DNA of 64,000 nt from an uncultured Acidimicrobiia bacterium (GCA_963786955.1 CAWBAT010000006.1:512001-576000), one strand, 5' to 3'. Positions 23,521-35,782 are shown, counted from the first letter of the stretch. Notes: generated from the sequence alone by a model not told the origin. Translations and numbers: made by a program.

Positions 23521-23735
23521 ATTTCGGGGTTATCGTAGACCGTGACGGTGAGACGAACTGCCAACCGTTGCTGCGGTCTACTTCGCTGCATCTGTTAAAG
23601 AATGGTAACTTTGACCACGGGAAAATTCGGTTGAAACCCGACGATCAGAATAGGCGCTTGTGATGGGAGTCATTACAAGGGCACAGGCGCATAATTTGAT
23701 TTGAAATGATCAATAATACTTTCTAACAATGGAGA

Positions 23736-24023
23736 ATGAAGATGGCTGAACGAATGGTTAAATGTGTCAAGCTGCAGCGTGAATTGCCCGGCCTGGAGAA
23801 GCCTCCCTTTAATGACGAACTGGGCCAGCGAATCTATGAGAATGTCTCAAAAGAAGCCTGGATCATGTTTCGTGAGCATTTGAAAATGGTCATCAATGAG
23901 TACCGGTTGGCCTTAGGGACTGAAGAAGCCAATCGGATCGTCGAAGAACAAACAGTGAATTATTTTTTTGGCCCAGGTTCTGCTCTCCCGCCCGGTTATG
24001 TTCCGCCAAAGACCAAGAGTTAG
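23736..24023 (+). CDS. Fe(II)-trafficking / oxidative damage protection protein (YggX family)
   Basis: MVKCVKL.RE.PGL..PP...LGQRIYENVSKEAW...MVINEYRL. Confidence 0.9.
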   Translation: MKMAERMVKCVKLQRELPGLEKPPFNDELGQRIYENVSKEAWIMFREHLKMVINEYRLALGTEEANRIVEEQTVNYFFGPGSALPPGYVPPKTKS

Positions 24024-25437
24024 ATGAAGATTGTCTTCCTTTCCACTTATGATCTAGGCCGTCAGCCTTTCGGTTTGGCTTCCCCAGCTGGCTGGCTCCG
24101 CAGATGCCGGCTTCGAGGTCGAATGCATTGACCTCTCACGGCAACAATTTCCGCAAGCAGCCTTGGATCGGTAGACGTCATCGGGTTTTACCTCCCCATG
24201 CATACGGCTACTCGCCTGGCGATTCCTCACCTGAAACAGGCCCGGAAAATCAGTCCGGAGGCAGTCATCTGCTGTTATGGCCTGTATGCTCCAATGAACG
24301 AAACGTTTCTTAGAAGCCTTGGTGTTGAGGTCATCTTGGGGGGCGAATTTGAGGAGGACTTGCTGAAACTGGCTCAGCAAGTCGGGCAGCACAGCAGACT
24401 TTCTCCAACGAGGCTTCTCCGTCGGGATCTCCAATTCGATCGCGCGACAGCGCTTTCAAGTCCCGGATCGAAGCGATCTCCCTGATTTGAGCCGATATGC
24501 TCAATTGATCTTACCTGGGGGTGAGCGCCGGGGCGTTGGGTCTACCGAAGCCAGCCGAGGCTGTAAGCACTTGTGCGGCATTGCCCTATCGTTCCAATCT
24601 ACAATGGACAATTCCGGATCGTGCAGGCGGAGATTGTGCTGGCTGATATCGCCCAGCAGGTAGAGGCCGGGGCGACGCACATCTCTTTTGGAGATCCGGA
24701 TTTTTTTAACGGCCCTGGGCATTCTTTAAAGATCATTCGAACCCTTCATGAGCATTATCCAGCAGTTAACCTACGATGTCACCATCAAGATCGAACATCT
24801 CTTGAAGCACTCGTCCCATCTTGAAGATCTCAAGGAAACCGGCTGTCTTTGGGTGACCAGCGCCGTTGAATCGATCGACGATCGCGTCCTCAAGTTGCTG
24901 GATAAAGGCCACACAAAAGAAGATTTTCTTAAGGTCCTCTAATGCTTTAGAGAGATTGGGACTCAATTTGTCCCCGACATTTGTGCCCTTCACTCCGTGG
25001 ACAACCCGGGAAGGGTATCTCGAACTATTACAATTGCTGGCCGAGGAGAAACTTGATCGAGCAGGTTGCTCCGATTCAGTTGGCCATTCGCCTTCTGATT
25101 CCTTCTGGATCTAAGCTGCTCGAATTGCCGGAGATTCAACAAGTTATTCATAGGGTTCGACGAGGCCTCTCTCTGTCATCGGTGGGACCACGAAGATTCC
25201 AGCATGGATGAACTCCCGAATCAGATCCGCCATTTAATCAGGAGATCTGAATTCAGTCCATGGACCGCAGACAAATCTTCAGCGCAATTGGGCAGCTCAG
25301 CCAATCAATCGAAAGTCGAAAGCGAGCCATCTTTCCCGGATCTAAACTCGCCACTACCCCGTGCCGCTATTCCCTATCTCAGCGAAGCCTGGTATTGCTG
25401 TGCCGAACCCAATGAAGACCAGCTGGCTCATGTGTAG
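24024..25437 (+). CDS. CUAEP/CCAEP-tail radical SAM protein, Cys-Cys form (multiple frameshifts)
   Basis: N-terminus STYDLGRQPFGLASP, EASRGCKHLCRHCP, HISFGDPDFFNGP, DVTIKIEH and C-terminus YLSEAWYCCAEP. Confidence 0.85.
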
Positions 25438-25461
25438 ACATTTCGTGAAAGCGCGTCTCGG

Positions 25462-26726
25462 ATGAAAACCAAACGGCTCTTGCTCCTTTTCACGACAACC
25501 GGGTATAACGCAGAGGATTTTGCCAGGGCTGCCCAAAAACTCGAGGTAGAGGTAGTTTTCGGAACGGACCGTTGCCGTGTTCTCAATGATCCATGGAGAG
25601 ATGCTGCCATCGCACTGCGATTTCACCGCCCTGTTGAAGCGGTCCGTCTTATCCGAAAATATGCGAAAACCCGACCGATCGACGCAGTGATAGCTGTTGG
25701 CGATAAACCCACTGTCACTGCTTCGCTGATTTGCGAGGCTCTCGATCTTCCCGTCAATTCACCCCAAGCGGTTCAACAATGTCGCAACAAATTTGAATTC
25801 CGGAATGCGTTACGAAACTCTGGATTACTCGTACCCGGGTTTCACAGGTTTGCCCTTGATCGAGATCCGCAGACACTCTTGCGTCATGTTCAGTTTCCCT
25901 GCGTTTTGAAACCGCTGGCACTCTCGGCGAGTCAGGGGGTTATTCGTGCCGATAACGAGATTCAATTTCGGGAAGCTTTTCATCGCATTCGCTGCTTGCT
26001 CGAAACCCCTGCAATCCGGATCTTAAAAGATCCCAGCAATCAGTACCTCATGGTTGAAGACTATATCGAAGGAAAAGAAGTTGCTCTTGAGGGACTGCTC
26101 TCCAAAGGTCGTCTCCGCGTCTTGGCACTCTTTGATAAGCCGGATCCCCTGGAAGGTCCTTTCTTTGAAGAGACCATCTACGTGACCCCCTCCAGAAATA
26201 GCAAACGAATGCAACGCCGGATCGCCGATTGTGCCTCAGCAGCAGCTCAGGCTCTCGGACTTCGCGACGGCCCAGTGCATGCGGAATTCAGGATCAACAA
26301 ACGCGGAGTCTGGATCTTGGAATTGGCCGCGCGCTCTATTGGCGGACTCTGCTCCAGAACACTCCGCTTCGGAACAGGCATGTCCTTGGAAGAGGTGATT
26401 ATCCGTCACGCCCTCGGAATGAAGACTCATTCCACTCAACGAGAGTCAGAAGCTGCCGGAGTCCTAATGCTTCCCATCCCTGGAAAGGGCTATCTCCGAT
26501 CGGTTGAAGGAATGGTAGAGCCAAGCAGGTGAAAGGAATACAGGAAGTCACCATCACTGCTAAGCTCGGCCAGAAGCTGGTTCCCTGGCCGGAAGGTTCC
26601 AGTTATCTGGGATTCATTTTTCCCGCAACACTTCGCCTGATCAGGTCGAGCAGGCTCTGCGAGCCGCTCATTCCAAAATTGTTTTTGAGCTATCACCTGA
26701 ACTGCCTGTTCTTAATAGTCGGCTGA
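25462..26726 (+). CDS. ATP-grasp domain protein (frameshifts near the 3' end)
   Basis: PCVLKPLALSASQGVIRAD, VEDYIEG.E..LEG, FDKPDPLEGPFFEETIYVTPS and ELAARSIGGLC. Confidence 0.85.
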
Positions 26727-27117
26727 GGATGGAGTCTGCTGTTTGCCTTGGCGGTTCGCGTGCTTTCAAACCAGGAAAGTAATACGGATTTTCTCCTGGC
26801 CGAAAATATTTAAATAAATCACTGGAATGCTTTGTCGCCCTGAGCTAAAGTGTAGCCAGTTTGATATAACCACTATTTTTTTTGAGAGCGCTTGAATCAA
26901 CAGGGAATCTAGATGATTCTTGGGGCCATCCGAAACCTTTATCTCGAGTTGGGTTTCGTCTCTTAATTGGCTCTACGGTTGCCGCAGCGGTTTATTTCTA
27001 CAACGGGATCGTATTCGCTGCTGTCCAACTACTGAGGACCACGCCCGGCTATCTCCCATGACGCCTGGCGACAGCTCATCTTTCATGGCCGTGTCTCGGA
27101 GTACTCGAGGAGGTTCA

Positions 27118-27324
27118 TTGGACAACGAAAACTCTATGCTCACAGAAGAAACAGAACTGACCGATGCAGAAATGCTGTATCAACTCATTGCCCTGCGCGC
27201 CTATTTGATTTACGAAGCCCGGGGCTGTGTAGATGGTTTTCACGAGCAGGACTGGCTGCAAGCAGAAAGCGAGATCATCGCTGAAATAGTTCAACCCGAG
27301 AGAACTGCCGCCGCCAGCGCTTGA
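27118..27324 (+). CDS. DUF2934 domain small protein
   Basis: IALRAYLIYEARG...G..EQDWLQAESEI; GAGGAGG RBS before TTG. Confidence 0.8.
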   Translation: MDNENSMLTEETELTDAEMLYQLIALRAYLIYEARGCVDGFHEQDWLQAESEIIAEIVQPERTAAASA

Positions 27325-27841
27325 ATCGTTCGACCAACATCACAAATGCAGGATGGTGATCCACTTCAATATGGGACCAGTTTTTTTGCGTCTGGGATTC
27401 GTCAGAGTTTGAAAAGATCATTGTGGCAAGACTTTTCTCATCAAGGACCGAATAGAGCAAATCCTCTATAACTTAAAGAATTTCAGCCCGCTTGAAGCTA
27501 GGCAAAATCAAATATATATTCCTCAGGACTAGCCTTCTACATTGCCACTGCCTCCACTCTGGGTCTCTCTCTCGCGAAGACGGAAGCCCAATTCCCTTCC
27601 GCAATGGCAATACGTCTGCAGCCCTCATAGAAACAACCTTAAGCTCATTTCTCCCCAACGATAACTTTCCTTCTCCGTCGTAAAATCATTATTCATTCGT
27701 AGGACATTCATCAGCCTTGACCGCTAGTCCGGGATCAGGTAAGAGAAGCAGTAAAAGATTATTTGGCTCTGAAAGAAGTCTGTACATTCAGTTATCATCT
27801 ATTGTAATCTAGGACAAGTTGCACAAATTCGCGGTAATTGT

Positions 27842-27890
27842 TGTAGCCGGGGTCGTTGCCCCCGGGCCTAAACAACGGGGCCAGCTACAA
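27842..27890. repeat. Degenerate REP family A-like palindrome
   Basis: tgtagccggggtcgttgcccccgg...gctaca. Confidence 0.6.
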
Positions 27891-27962
27891 GAGAAATTTC
27901 TGCAAGTTAGTACTAGGACCTTATGTTGGCTTGATCACGCGATAAAAAACAAGGGAGGAATC

Positions 27963-29333
27963 ATGAATCGCAGGCAATTTATTAAGCAAGGATCTGTTTT
28001 AAGTGCTGCGGCAGGAATTTCCAGCCTTACTTCCCAGACGAAAGTGGTGGCAGCCAACGACCGCATTGGCGTTGGGTTGATCGGGTGTGGCGGGATGGGC
28101 CGCATGAACTTGACCGACTTCATGAAAAATCCGGAAGTCGAGGCGGTCGCCGTATGCGATGTCTTTCAAGGAAATCTGGAAAAGGCTTTGGCCGTAACGC
28201 AAGGAAAGGCCAAAACTTATCATGACTTCCGAAAGGTACTCGAGAATAAAGATATCGACGCCGTCATCATCGCCACTCCAGATCACTGGCACCCGCTGAT
28301 CATGATCAGCGCCTGCGAAGCCGGCAAAGACGTCTATGTTGAGAAACCGGTGTCCAATCGCATTCGGGAAGGGCGCTTAATGGTGGAAGCGGCTCGTCGT
28401 ACAAATCGGGTGGTGCAGGTTGGACTGCAGCAGAGGTCTGGGACACACTTCCAGCGCGCCGTCAAGATGATCCAGGAAGGTCAGATCGGAAAGGTTTACT
28501 ACGCTCAATGTTGGAATCATGAATTCTCCAAACAAGAAGGGATGGGGAATCCCCCGGACAGCGATCCGCCTCCGGGGCTGGATTGGGATTTCTGGTTGGG
28601 ACCCGCCCCCAAAGTGCCGTTCAACAAAAACCGCTTTGGCGGGACGTTTCGGTGGTTCTTCGATTATGGAGGGGGAAAGCTCGCCGACTGGGGAACCCAT
28701 TTGATCGATATCGTCCACTGGGCTATGAAAGTGGAAGCTCCCCTGAGCGCGACCTCATCTGGAGGGAAACTTTATTTGACGGACAACCGCGAGACTCCTG
28801 ACACGCAGTGCGTGATTTATGAGTATCCCGGATTCTTGCTTCAATATTCTATCCTGAATCACAATACCTATGGCCATACTGGAAATTGGGGGGCCAAACC
28901 CTTTGGCAGCTATGGGATTCTCTTCCACGGAACCTTGGGAACCCTATTTATTGACCGGGCTGGCTACGAGGTGACCTCCCAGCCAGAGATGAATTCTGAC
29001 CCCACGGGTACATCGGTTCGTGACATCGACGATCTGACCGGAACGAGCCTTTATTACACAACCAAGTTGACGCCCTCGCGAGGAACCACCTCAGTACAAC
29101 ACCTTCCGCACGTTCAAAATTTCCTGGCGTGCATGAAGACTCGCCAAAGACCCAACGCCGATATTGAAGTGGGACATCGGACAACAACTGCCTGTCACTT
29201 AGGGAACATCTCGCTCCGCGTAGGCCAAAAGATTCACTGGGATGCGAAAACAGAACAGATTATCGATAACGCCAAGGCAAATGAGATGGTCACCAAGCAG
29301 TACCGAGCTCCTTGGAACCTGCCCGGGATGTAG
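27963..29333 (+). CDS. Tat-exported Gfo/Idh/MocA family oxidoreductase
   Basis: MNRRQFIK Tat motif, IGCGGMG, ATPDHWH, DVYVEKP and LDWDFWLGPAP. Confidence 0.9.
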   Translation: MNRRQFIKQGSVLSAAAGISSLTSQTKVVAANDRIGVGLIGCGGMGRMNLTDFMKNPEVEAVAVCDVFQGNLEKALAVTQGKAKTYHDFRKVLENKDIDAVIIATPDHWHPLIMISACEAGKDVYVEKPVSNRIREGRLMVEAARRTNRVVQVGLQQRSGTHFQRAVKMIQEGQIGKVYYAQCWNHEFSKQEGMGNPPDSDPPPGLDWDFWLGPAPKVPFNKNRFGGTFRWFFDYGGGKLADWGTHLIDIVHWAMKVEAPLSATSSGGKLYLTDNRETPDTQCVIYEYPGFLLQYSILNHNTYGHTGNWGAKPFGSYGILFHGTLGTLFIDRAGYEVTSQPEMNSDPTGTSVRDIDDLTGTSLYYTTKLTPSRGTTSVQHLPHVQNFLACMKTRQRPNADIEVGHRTTTACHLGNISLRVGQKIHWDAKTEQIIDNAKANEMVTKQYRAPWNLPGM

Positions 29334-29660
29334 ACCTGTTGAGGATTGCGTTACCCTCACAGCTAGAAGTTGGAAACGCAAAGATCGCTAAGTGAAGCCC
29401 AAATTTCTCACCGCCAGCCGGAGCATTAGGTCATGTGGCCTACAACCATTGTAGGCCGGCTGACTTCACCCAATGCACACGACAATTTTGAAATTCAGAT
29501 TGTTCCTGTTCTACTTGGTGGCCAGAGATACGGGTTTGAAGCGCGAGTGATCGTCGACGAACTAGCTAACGACATGCTCACTCTGCGGCTAACTGTACCG
29601 TGTATTTTTTCTTGGCGTTCTTGGCGTTTCGTTCTTCAGGCAGCAGGCTGGCAAAAGATC

Positions 29661-30189
29661 TTATTTTTTCAGTTTTTCCAGAAACTGCTTGCGAAACTTG
29701 GCTACTTTGGGGGCGACTACAAAACGGCAGTAAGGCTGGTCAACATTGTTCAGGAAGTATTCCTGGTGATAGTCCTCAGCCCGATAGAACTCCTGGAGTG
29801 GGGTCACCTGGGTGACAATCGGAGTCATCCCATACTTTTTTTTATTGAAGTCATCGATTACCTGTTCTGCGACCACCGCTGCTCCGGGTTGTGACAAAAG
29901 ATCACCGAACGATATTGGGTTCCGACGTCAGCTCCTTGCTGGTTCAATGTGGTCGGGTCATGAATGGAAAAAATACTTCCAGGATTTCCTTGAAGGAAAT
30001 GACTTGGGGGTCAAACGTCAGTTGTACAACCTCGGCATGGCCAGTCGTGCCGTTACAGACCTGCCGGTAGGTCGGATTGGGGGTACTGCCTCCCGAGTAG
30101 CCTGATTCCACTTTGACCACACCCTTCAAATCAAGGAATACCGCTTCCAAACACCAGAAGCAGCCACCGCCAAGAGTAGCTAATTCCAA
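29661..30189 (-). CDS. msrA: Peptide-methionine (S)-S-oxide reductase (frameshifted)
   Basis: GGCFWC, SGYSGG, TGHAEVV and [11 protein letters not shown]. Confidence 0.92.
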
Positions 30190-30339
30190 TAAAGGGTTCG
30201 TGCTTTTTTTAAACTCTCAGAAGACTTCCATCGGGACTGAAATCCTTTCTTCAATTCGGAATACAGCTAAGTATATCCTGAGTGCCATTGTCCATCGAAA
30301 ACAATTCATTAATGAATCATCGGCTCCCCTCGCACCGGA

Positions 30340-30560
30340 CGATTGGATGGAGGGCGGAGTCCGCCTTATGGCGGGGAACGCATGTTTAGTGGAGCGGGCG
30401 CGTGGGAACGCCGTCCCCCGGCGCACGCGTGAACGCGCGCGGAGCTCGCGTTCCACCCTAGATTACATCGGCCTTTCGGGAGTTTAGCCTTGAGGCGATT
30501 GGATGGAGGGCGAAGTCCGCGCATGGCGGCCGACGCCTGTTTGGTAGCGACGAACACCCT
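30340..30560. repeat. Cluster of GC-rich palindromic repeats, family C (GGATGGAGGGCG(G/A)AGTCCG...; ...GCGCG...TTCCACC)
   Basis: ggatggagggcg-agtccg at ~30344 and ~30501; related sequence at 15683-15725, 45785-45858 and 48600-48660. Confidence 0.55.
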
Positions 30561-30590
30561 AATTGTTGTTATGCTGAAGATTCGCGCCGT

Positions 30591-30644
30591 TGTAGCCGGG
30601 GCCGTTGGCCCCGGACAAGACCGGCCTCAGCGAGGCCGGTTACA
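30591..30644 (-). repeat. REP family A copy
   Basis: Reverse complement of the RAYT-flanking unit. Confidence 0.9.
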
Positions 30645-30694
30645 ATCTCATACAACAGGGGTGGACGCCTGTCACATCTTGTGGGGCCTCGCAT

Positions 30695-31033
30695 ATGACT
30701 GAAGAAGATATCCACCAACTCATCGAACAGGAGCTAGGCGAGTCGTCGAACTGGGCGGCCCCAACGAAACCAGAGATTCTTTCACGGCTAGTTCGTCCAC
30801 GAAAAATGCCATTTCTGGTCGACATGGACTGGAACCAAGCACTCGACCTCTGGCTCGTTTATGAGAACACAGATGATGGTTTCGAGTTTAAGATCGTGTA
30901 CGACGAAACAACAGGCAAGTTTGGTTTGGCCATCTCTCTGGGGGGGGTTAATCAGGAACTCGTACTTGGTTTCTATCCGAGTTTTCAGGACACTCTAAAG
31001 GAATTCGATCCATCAGAGATTGATCCTCTCTAG
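30695..31033 (+). CDS. Hypothetical acidic protein
   Basis: ORF with LWLVYE...FKIVYDE..GKFGLA...LGFYPSF pattern; no family recognised. Confidence 0.5.
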   Translation: MTEEDIHQLIEQELGESSNWAAPTKPEILSRLVRPRKMPFLVDMDWNQALDLWLVYENTDDGFEFKIVYDETTGKFGLAISLGGVNQELVLGFYPSFQDTLKEFDPSEIDPL

Positions 31034-31445
31034 CTCCTTCACCAAACGGATTACGCGATGAAGCGAATAATTGAATGAATAAGATTACGCGGCACATTGG
31101 GACTTCTCAATCACAACTAGATCAGCAGTTTCTACGATAGATTTTCTTCCACGGAAGCGAATCATCGAATAATTGTCCATTTTGTAGATCATTTCAATCA
31201 CTAACCCAAAATAGTTAGACAGGTTTTGTTTTTGTTGTTCGGGTTTCATCGGATTGCCTCCTCTTTTTGGTTAGGACAATTTATGGTTCCGTTCGATCCA
31301 TTCGCATGAGAGGTTCGTAGAGCATCGACTGTAAAAGAGCAACCCGAGGTTTGGAACCCCGGGTTGCCAATTTCTGAAACGGCTGCGAACCAAGTGAGAT
31401 GAAAGCAACCGTAATTCCGCGAAGGGGTTACTTCTTTCTTTGCAA

Positions 31446-31850
31446 TCAGAATAGTCTTTTCAGTTCGTTCAGTTCCTGCAGCCACTTCTTTCTCGGCACT
31501 GGACTGGACAATTTGCGACCGATCTCTTCTCCAGGGGTCCAAACCTGAGACAAAAAGTAGAATTCGCCATAACGGTTAAAAACCAATTTCCCGTCAACCG
31601 AGATCCGGTTAGCCTGAACAGCATTTTCATGACTACGCAGACCGATGACCATCTGTGCTTCGGATGACGACCATCACCGGGCTCTTAGTTACAACGGAAT
31701 ATTCTCCCGCTGGAAGGGACTGACCTCCAACACGAAACTCAAAAGGAATATTTGTCTTTACCGCGTGGACGACTGGCCATAGACATTCGGTCCAGCCAGC
31801 ACGGCAAACAATGAAACGGCTACTAACAACCAACTAATTTTCTTACTCAT
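31446..31850 (-). CDS. Small secreted beta-rich protein of a family common in Acidobacteria (frameshifted)
   Basis: RBS and signal peptide MSKKISWLLVAVSLFAVLAG; NIPFEFRVGGQSLPAGEY...KLVFNRYGEFYFLSQVW. Confidence 0.65.
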
Positions 31851-32219
31851 TTGACCTCTCCTTTTTTGTTGAGGCTACGACCGAAGCTAGCCGTTTACCG
31901 GTTAAATAGGAGTGGCGTTGGTTGCGCCTCCAACGGCTTCCCATCCTCTGATTCAGACCCAATCTGCTTAAGAGTTTCAACTGGATTGATTAACCAATTG
32001 GTTCATCTGCTCGTATATGGCAAGAAGCCTGAAAACATTTCAGAAGGGCGAGTCAATTTATTTGCAGCAATGGTTTTATTAGACTCCCAAGACGCAAATA
32101 ATGCGTTGAAACCTCCACCGGGTCCCCTTTTTCATTCATTGGTTATTGTGCGAAGTGGGAGGATTTCTTTCATCGATGAGATTGCGAATTCTACCCGCTC
32201 CCGAAAAGAGTTTGAGTTA

Positions 32220-32470
32220 TTCCCCTCCGGCGGAGGGGTGTAGGGGTGGGTCGCCTTTTCTGATCCGTGGACTTGCTCAGACTAAGACACCCCCCCGCAA
32301 CCTGCGCCTGCTGCCCCCTTCAAAGCGGGCCTTTTTCAATTCCCCTCCGCCGGTGGAAAGCTGTGAAGTAATTCAATTTTGGTTCCCCTCCTTGGATAAG
32401 GAGGGGGCTAGGGGGTGGTCGTAAGTGTTGCTGGATTAGCCCCCTGTAGTCCCCCTTAACCAAGGGGGAC
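32220..32470. repeat. Cluster of CCCCTCC...GGAGGGG palindromes (family D)
   Basis: cccctccggcggagggg and cccctccttggataaggagggg; similar at ~10490, ~35865-35975, ~41545 and ~50420. Confidence 0.6.
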
Positions 32471-32703
32471 ACTTGCAGAGAAACATCGAACCAATTCATT
32501 CACACCTCAGGGATGCAATTAGAAATTCGTTTTTGTGCAAGGGAATGGACGCAGATCCGCCTTTTGGTGATTGGAGGGAAAGCTTCTTTTTACTGCAGGG
32601 GCTTTATCAAAGCCCCTGCCATATCCGGCTTGTCATACTTTTTTCACGCATTCCTTCGACAACGGGGCGCTTAGATCTCTTTGTGATATCTTTAAGAAAG
32701 ATA

Positions 32704-32794
32704 CTTTACTGGCTCACTTTTTGTGTGCTAATTTGCTCTCATTATTTTTCCAGAAAAATCATGCCTGCCTCATTTGTGATTCACTGAGTTCGCG
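32704..32794 (+). promoter_or_regulatory. Conserved ~90-bp upstream element, copy 1
   Basis: Aligns nearly ungapped with 36474-36563 (ctttactggctcactttt...tttccagaa.aatcat..ctgcct...ctgagttcg). Confidence 0.6.
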
Positions 32795-32883
32795 ACTCCA
32801 GGCCAGGTGACTCTTACTTTCGATTGACTGAACGTGGTCTTCCCTCGGGAAGCGGATTGTGCCCAATAAGAAGGAGATGGAAC

Positions 32884-35782
32884 GTGCCGGATATTGTATT
32901 CACAAAGTCTGACATCCCATTTTGGGCGGCCGGGGACGGCGTACTGCGCCTTCACGCAACTATCCCTGATCTGACAAAGCAGCTTGTGCCGTCCAATAAA
33001 GATCTGTTTAGCCTGGATTTCAACTTTGGAGGAACCCAACTGTTTTCCATTGGTGCTTTCGATACCATGAAGCTGGGCATTAAGGCTGGCACGGATGTGA
33101 GCATCATCCCTTTGTGGCCATCAACATCTGCAGACCGCCTCAAGATAATTGATAACTACGGCCTCACAGGCTACTTCGCTCCCAACGTTCACGGTGATCG
33201 CCTGCTTCTCGTCTTAACAGTCGGTGCTAATGCTAATGTAAATCTAAGTACACGTTTTCAATACTCGATTTTAACTGCCAGTGCCTCGCTGGAGGCGGGG
33301 GCAGATGCAAGCTATGCATTGATCCGTTCCTATCCATCCACTACACCGGCAGTTAATCTGCTTACTGATTTTTTCAGGGCTTTTCGCCTGCCTGCAAATG
33401 TGACAGCGCCTCTCGACCAAGATGAGGTAATCGTCTTCGAATACGGTGGCTACCTCAACTTTAATGCGGGTCTTGCCATGGGCTATCGAATCAACGGCGC
33501 ACCTTCATTTGAAATCGGCCAACTGCAGCTTGCCGAAAGATATGCCTTCAGTGTGATGGGCTCGCTTAGACTCGGAGCCAGCGTTGCCGGACGGTTCAGA
33601 ATTGAAACACGAAACGGGTCGGGGGATGGCTGGGTACGGGTGATTGTTCGCAAGAGCCGTGCAGATGCAATCCGGGTGGCTGCACATGTATCGGCTTCAG
33701 TTAAATTCCAAAAGGAAGGGCTGCCAGAATCTGCCGACGATTTCCTCGGCGCGGTGATTGGGCTGAATGCAAAAAACTGGCTCAACATGTTCGCCCAGAT
33801 TCGTAAACTCACGGACTTCAACAACCTTGAGGGCTATTTGGACAATCTGGCCAAGTCATTCATCGAGGAATATACGGGGAAAACATTTCAGGCATTGGAA
33901 GACAAGACCCAATTGGATGAAGTGATTAATAAAATCGGCAGAGTGGTAGACGAATACAACAACCTCGGCGACCATGCTGTGGCGCTTTTTGACCGGTACT
34001 TACAACGTGGTGACGAAAGCAGTCGACAGCAAGCTAGACCAAGCACTTCGTACCATCAAGAATGCCGCTTCTTGGGACAACCTGAAGGGACGAATTGACG
34101 ATACCCTCTGGGATGTCGTCCAGCAATTGACAGATGGTGATCCACTCGGGTGGATGCTGGGCCATATCAATATCAACGGTCAAGAGATGAATTCGCTGGA
34201 CGAGCTCAAGAGTCGTGCCGACAAGGCCCTCGACCTCGTAAGAAATCTGGCGCATAAGGAGATAAAGGATCTCATTGCGCTGGCAAAATCAAAGTTTCCC
34301 TTGGACCATTTCATCCAAAAACTGGGGCATATCGACTGGCTTCAGCTAAAGAATATGACCGATCTGCGACTCACCGGCTTCGTTGAACGCCTGATTGGAC
34401 AATCCATTCAGAAACTCAGTAACTCAGAGTTAGGCGACGCGGTACGGAAATTTCATCAGGTGCTCGATTTAATCGACCAGTTCAAAAATACCTTCTACGA
34501 CAAACTCAAAGACACGTTCAATCAATCGTTTCAATTCCAGTTACATGCGGAGTATAGCCGGGCTAGTGAAAGAGATGCTCTCATCGACTTCGAGCTCGAT
34601 CTCACCACTGCGAAAGGCAAAGAACTGATGAAGCGTGCTGGTCACGGGGACTTTGCGGATGTGCTCGCGGGCTACGACACTGGCGTCGTCAAGCTCAAAC
34701 AGGGTATTTTGACGCACAAAGTCACGAGACAGAGTCAATTCGCGGTCAATATTGTGGGCTGGCACATGAACTGGCATTATCAAGGTCTCGACCGCTTGAT
34801 TATTGAAGCCGAGCAACGCATCCAAGCCGAGGCCGGCGGCCAGTTGACCATTAACACGAAGATGGACCTACAGAAGGAACGCGAACGGAAACGAAACGGA
34901 GAGCGTGTATATACCAACTTTCTCCTCCGATTCATGGGAGAATCGCGGGGCAAGCTCGAGTTTGACAAGGATAATCAGGCCTACCTGATCGATGTGATCA
35001 CACGAATGGGAGCCCGTTATAACCTTGTCTTTCAGGACCCAAACACAACAGCTCAGGAGCTATACCAGTACCTCAGCTTCGCCGATGACTTCGGCCTAGC
35101 CACTTCAGACGAGGCGGTTGAGGCCGCTCTCAAGCCCCTTCTACCGACTGACGCACAGGGCAATTTCGGAGAAGTCTCTATCTTTTACGATGTCCGCTTC
35201 ACCGAGGAGGGTCTGCGGTCGCTCTTCACTTCACCCTTCACTCAAGACGATGAGAGAAATCTTCGCCGCGTAATGCGTTTAATCGTGTTGGCTAACTACC
35301 TCAATGAAGGACCATTTATGGCTAGGCGCGGTTGGTGCTATTGGACACCAGGCATCCAGTCCATTTGGCAGACAGAGGGTGCAAACTTCACGAATCATTC
35401 CAATTTAGAATTCAAGCCAATTGCACCGTCTCCGCTCAGGAATCTAACGGCTCCGCTGAGCGTCACGCTCGATCGAGCTGGGCTCCAGCAGCTGGACACG
35501 CTTTACAGGATTGAGGAAAGCATGGTGAAAGGCGTGCGTAATCTCTCGAATCTCTTACAATCACCAGGTAAGTTGAACCCCCACGATCTGGAAAAAGCGC
35601 TCGGAGATTTCGGCAAGGCACTGACAATATATGATAATTTTGACGAAGGAGAGAATTCGATCTTCGGCATACTGGACAAGCTTATTCATCGAGATGCCGG
35701 TGACAAACCATACCGGAACTCCAGCCTCACTCTCACCTCAAGAGTGAACAATCAGAAGGTCACGAAGATGCTGATTGCTTAG
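32884..35782 (+). CDS. Large (~965 aa) hypothetical protein with beta-rich N-terminus and helical middle (frameshift ~34000)
   Basis: AAGGAG RBS and GTG start; ORFs 32824..34098 and 33974..35782 join at DRY/YNVVTKA; no recognisable family. Confidence 0.7.

Noticed and set aside
25390-25437. Selenocysteine recoding in the radical SAM tail
   Set aside because: The codons are TGC TGT (Cys-Cys), with no in-frame UGA at this motif.
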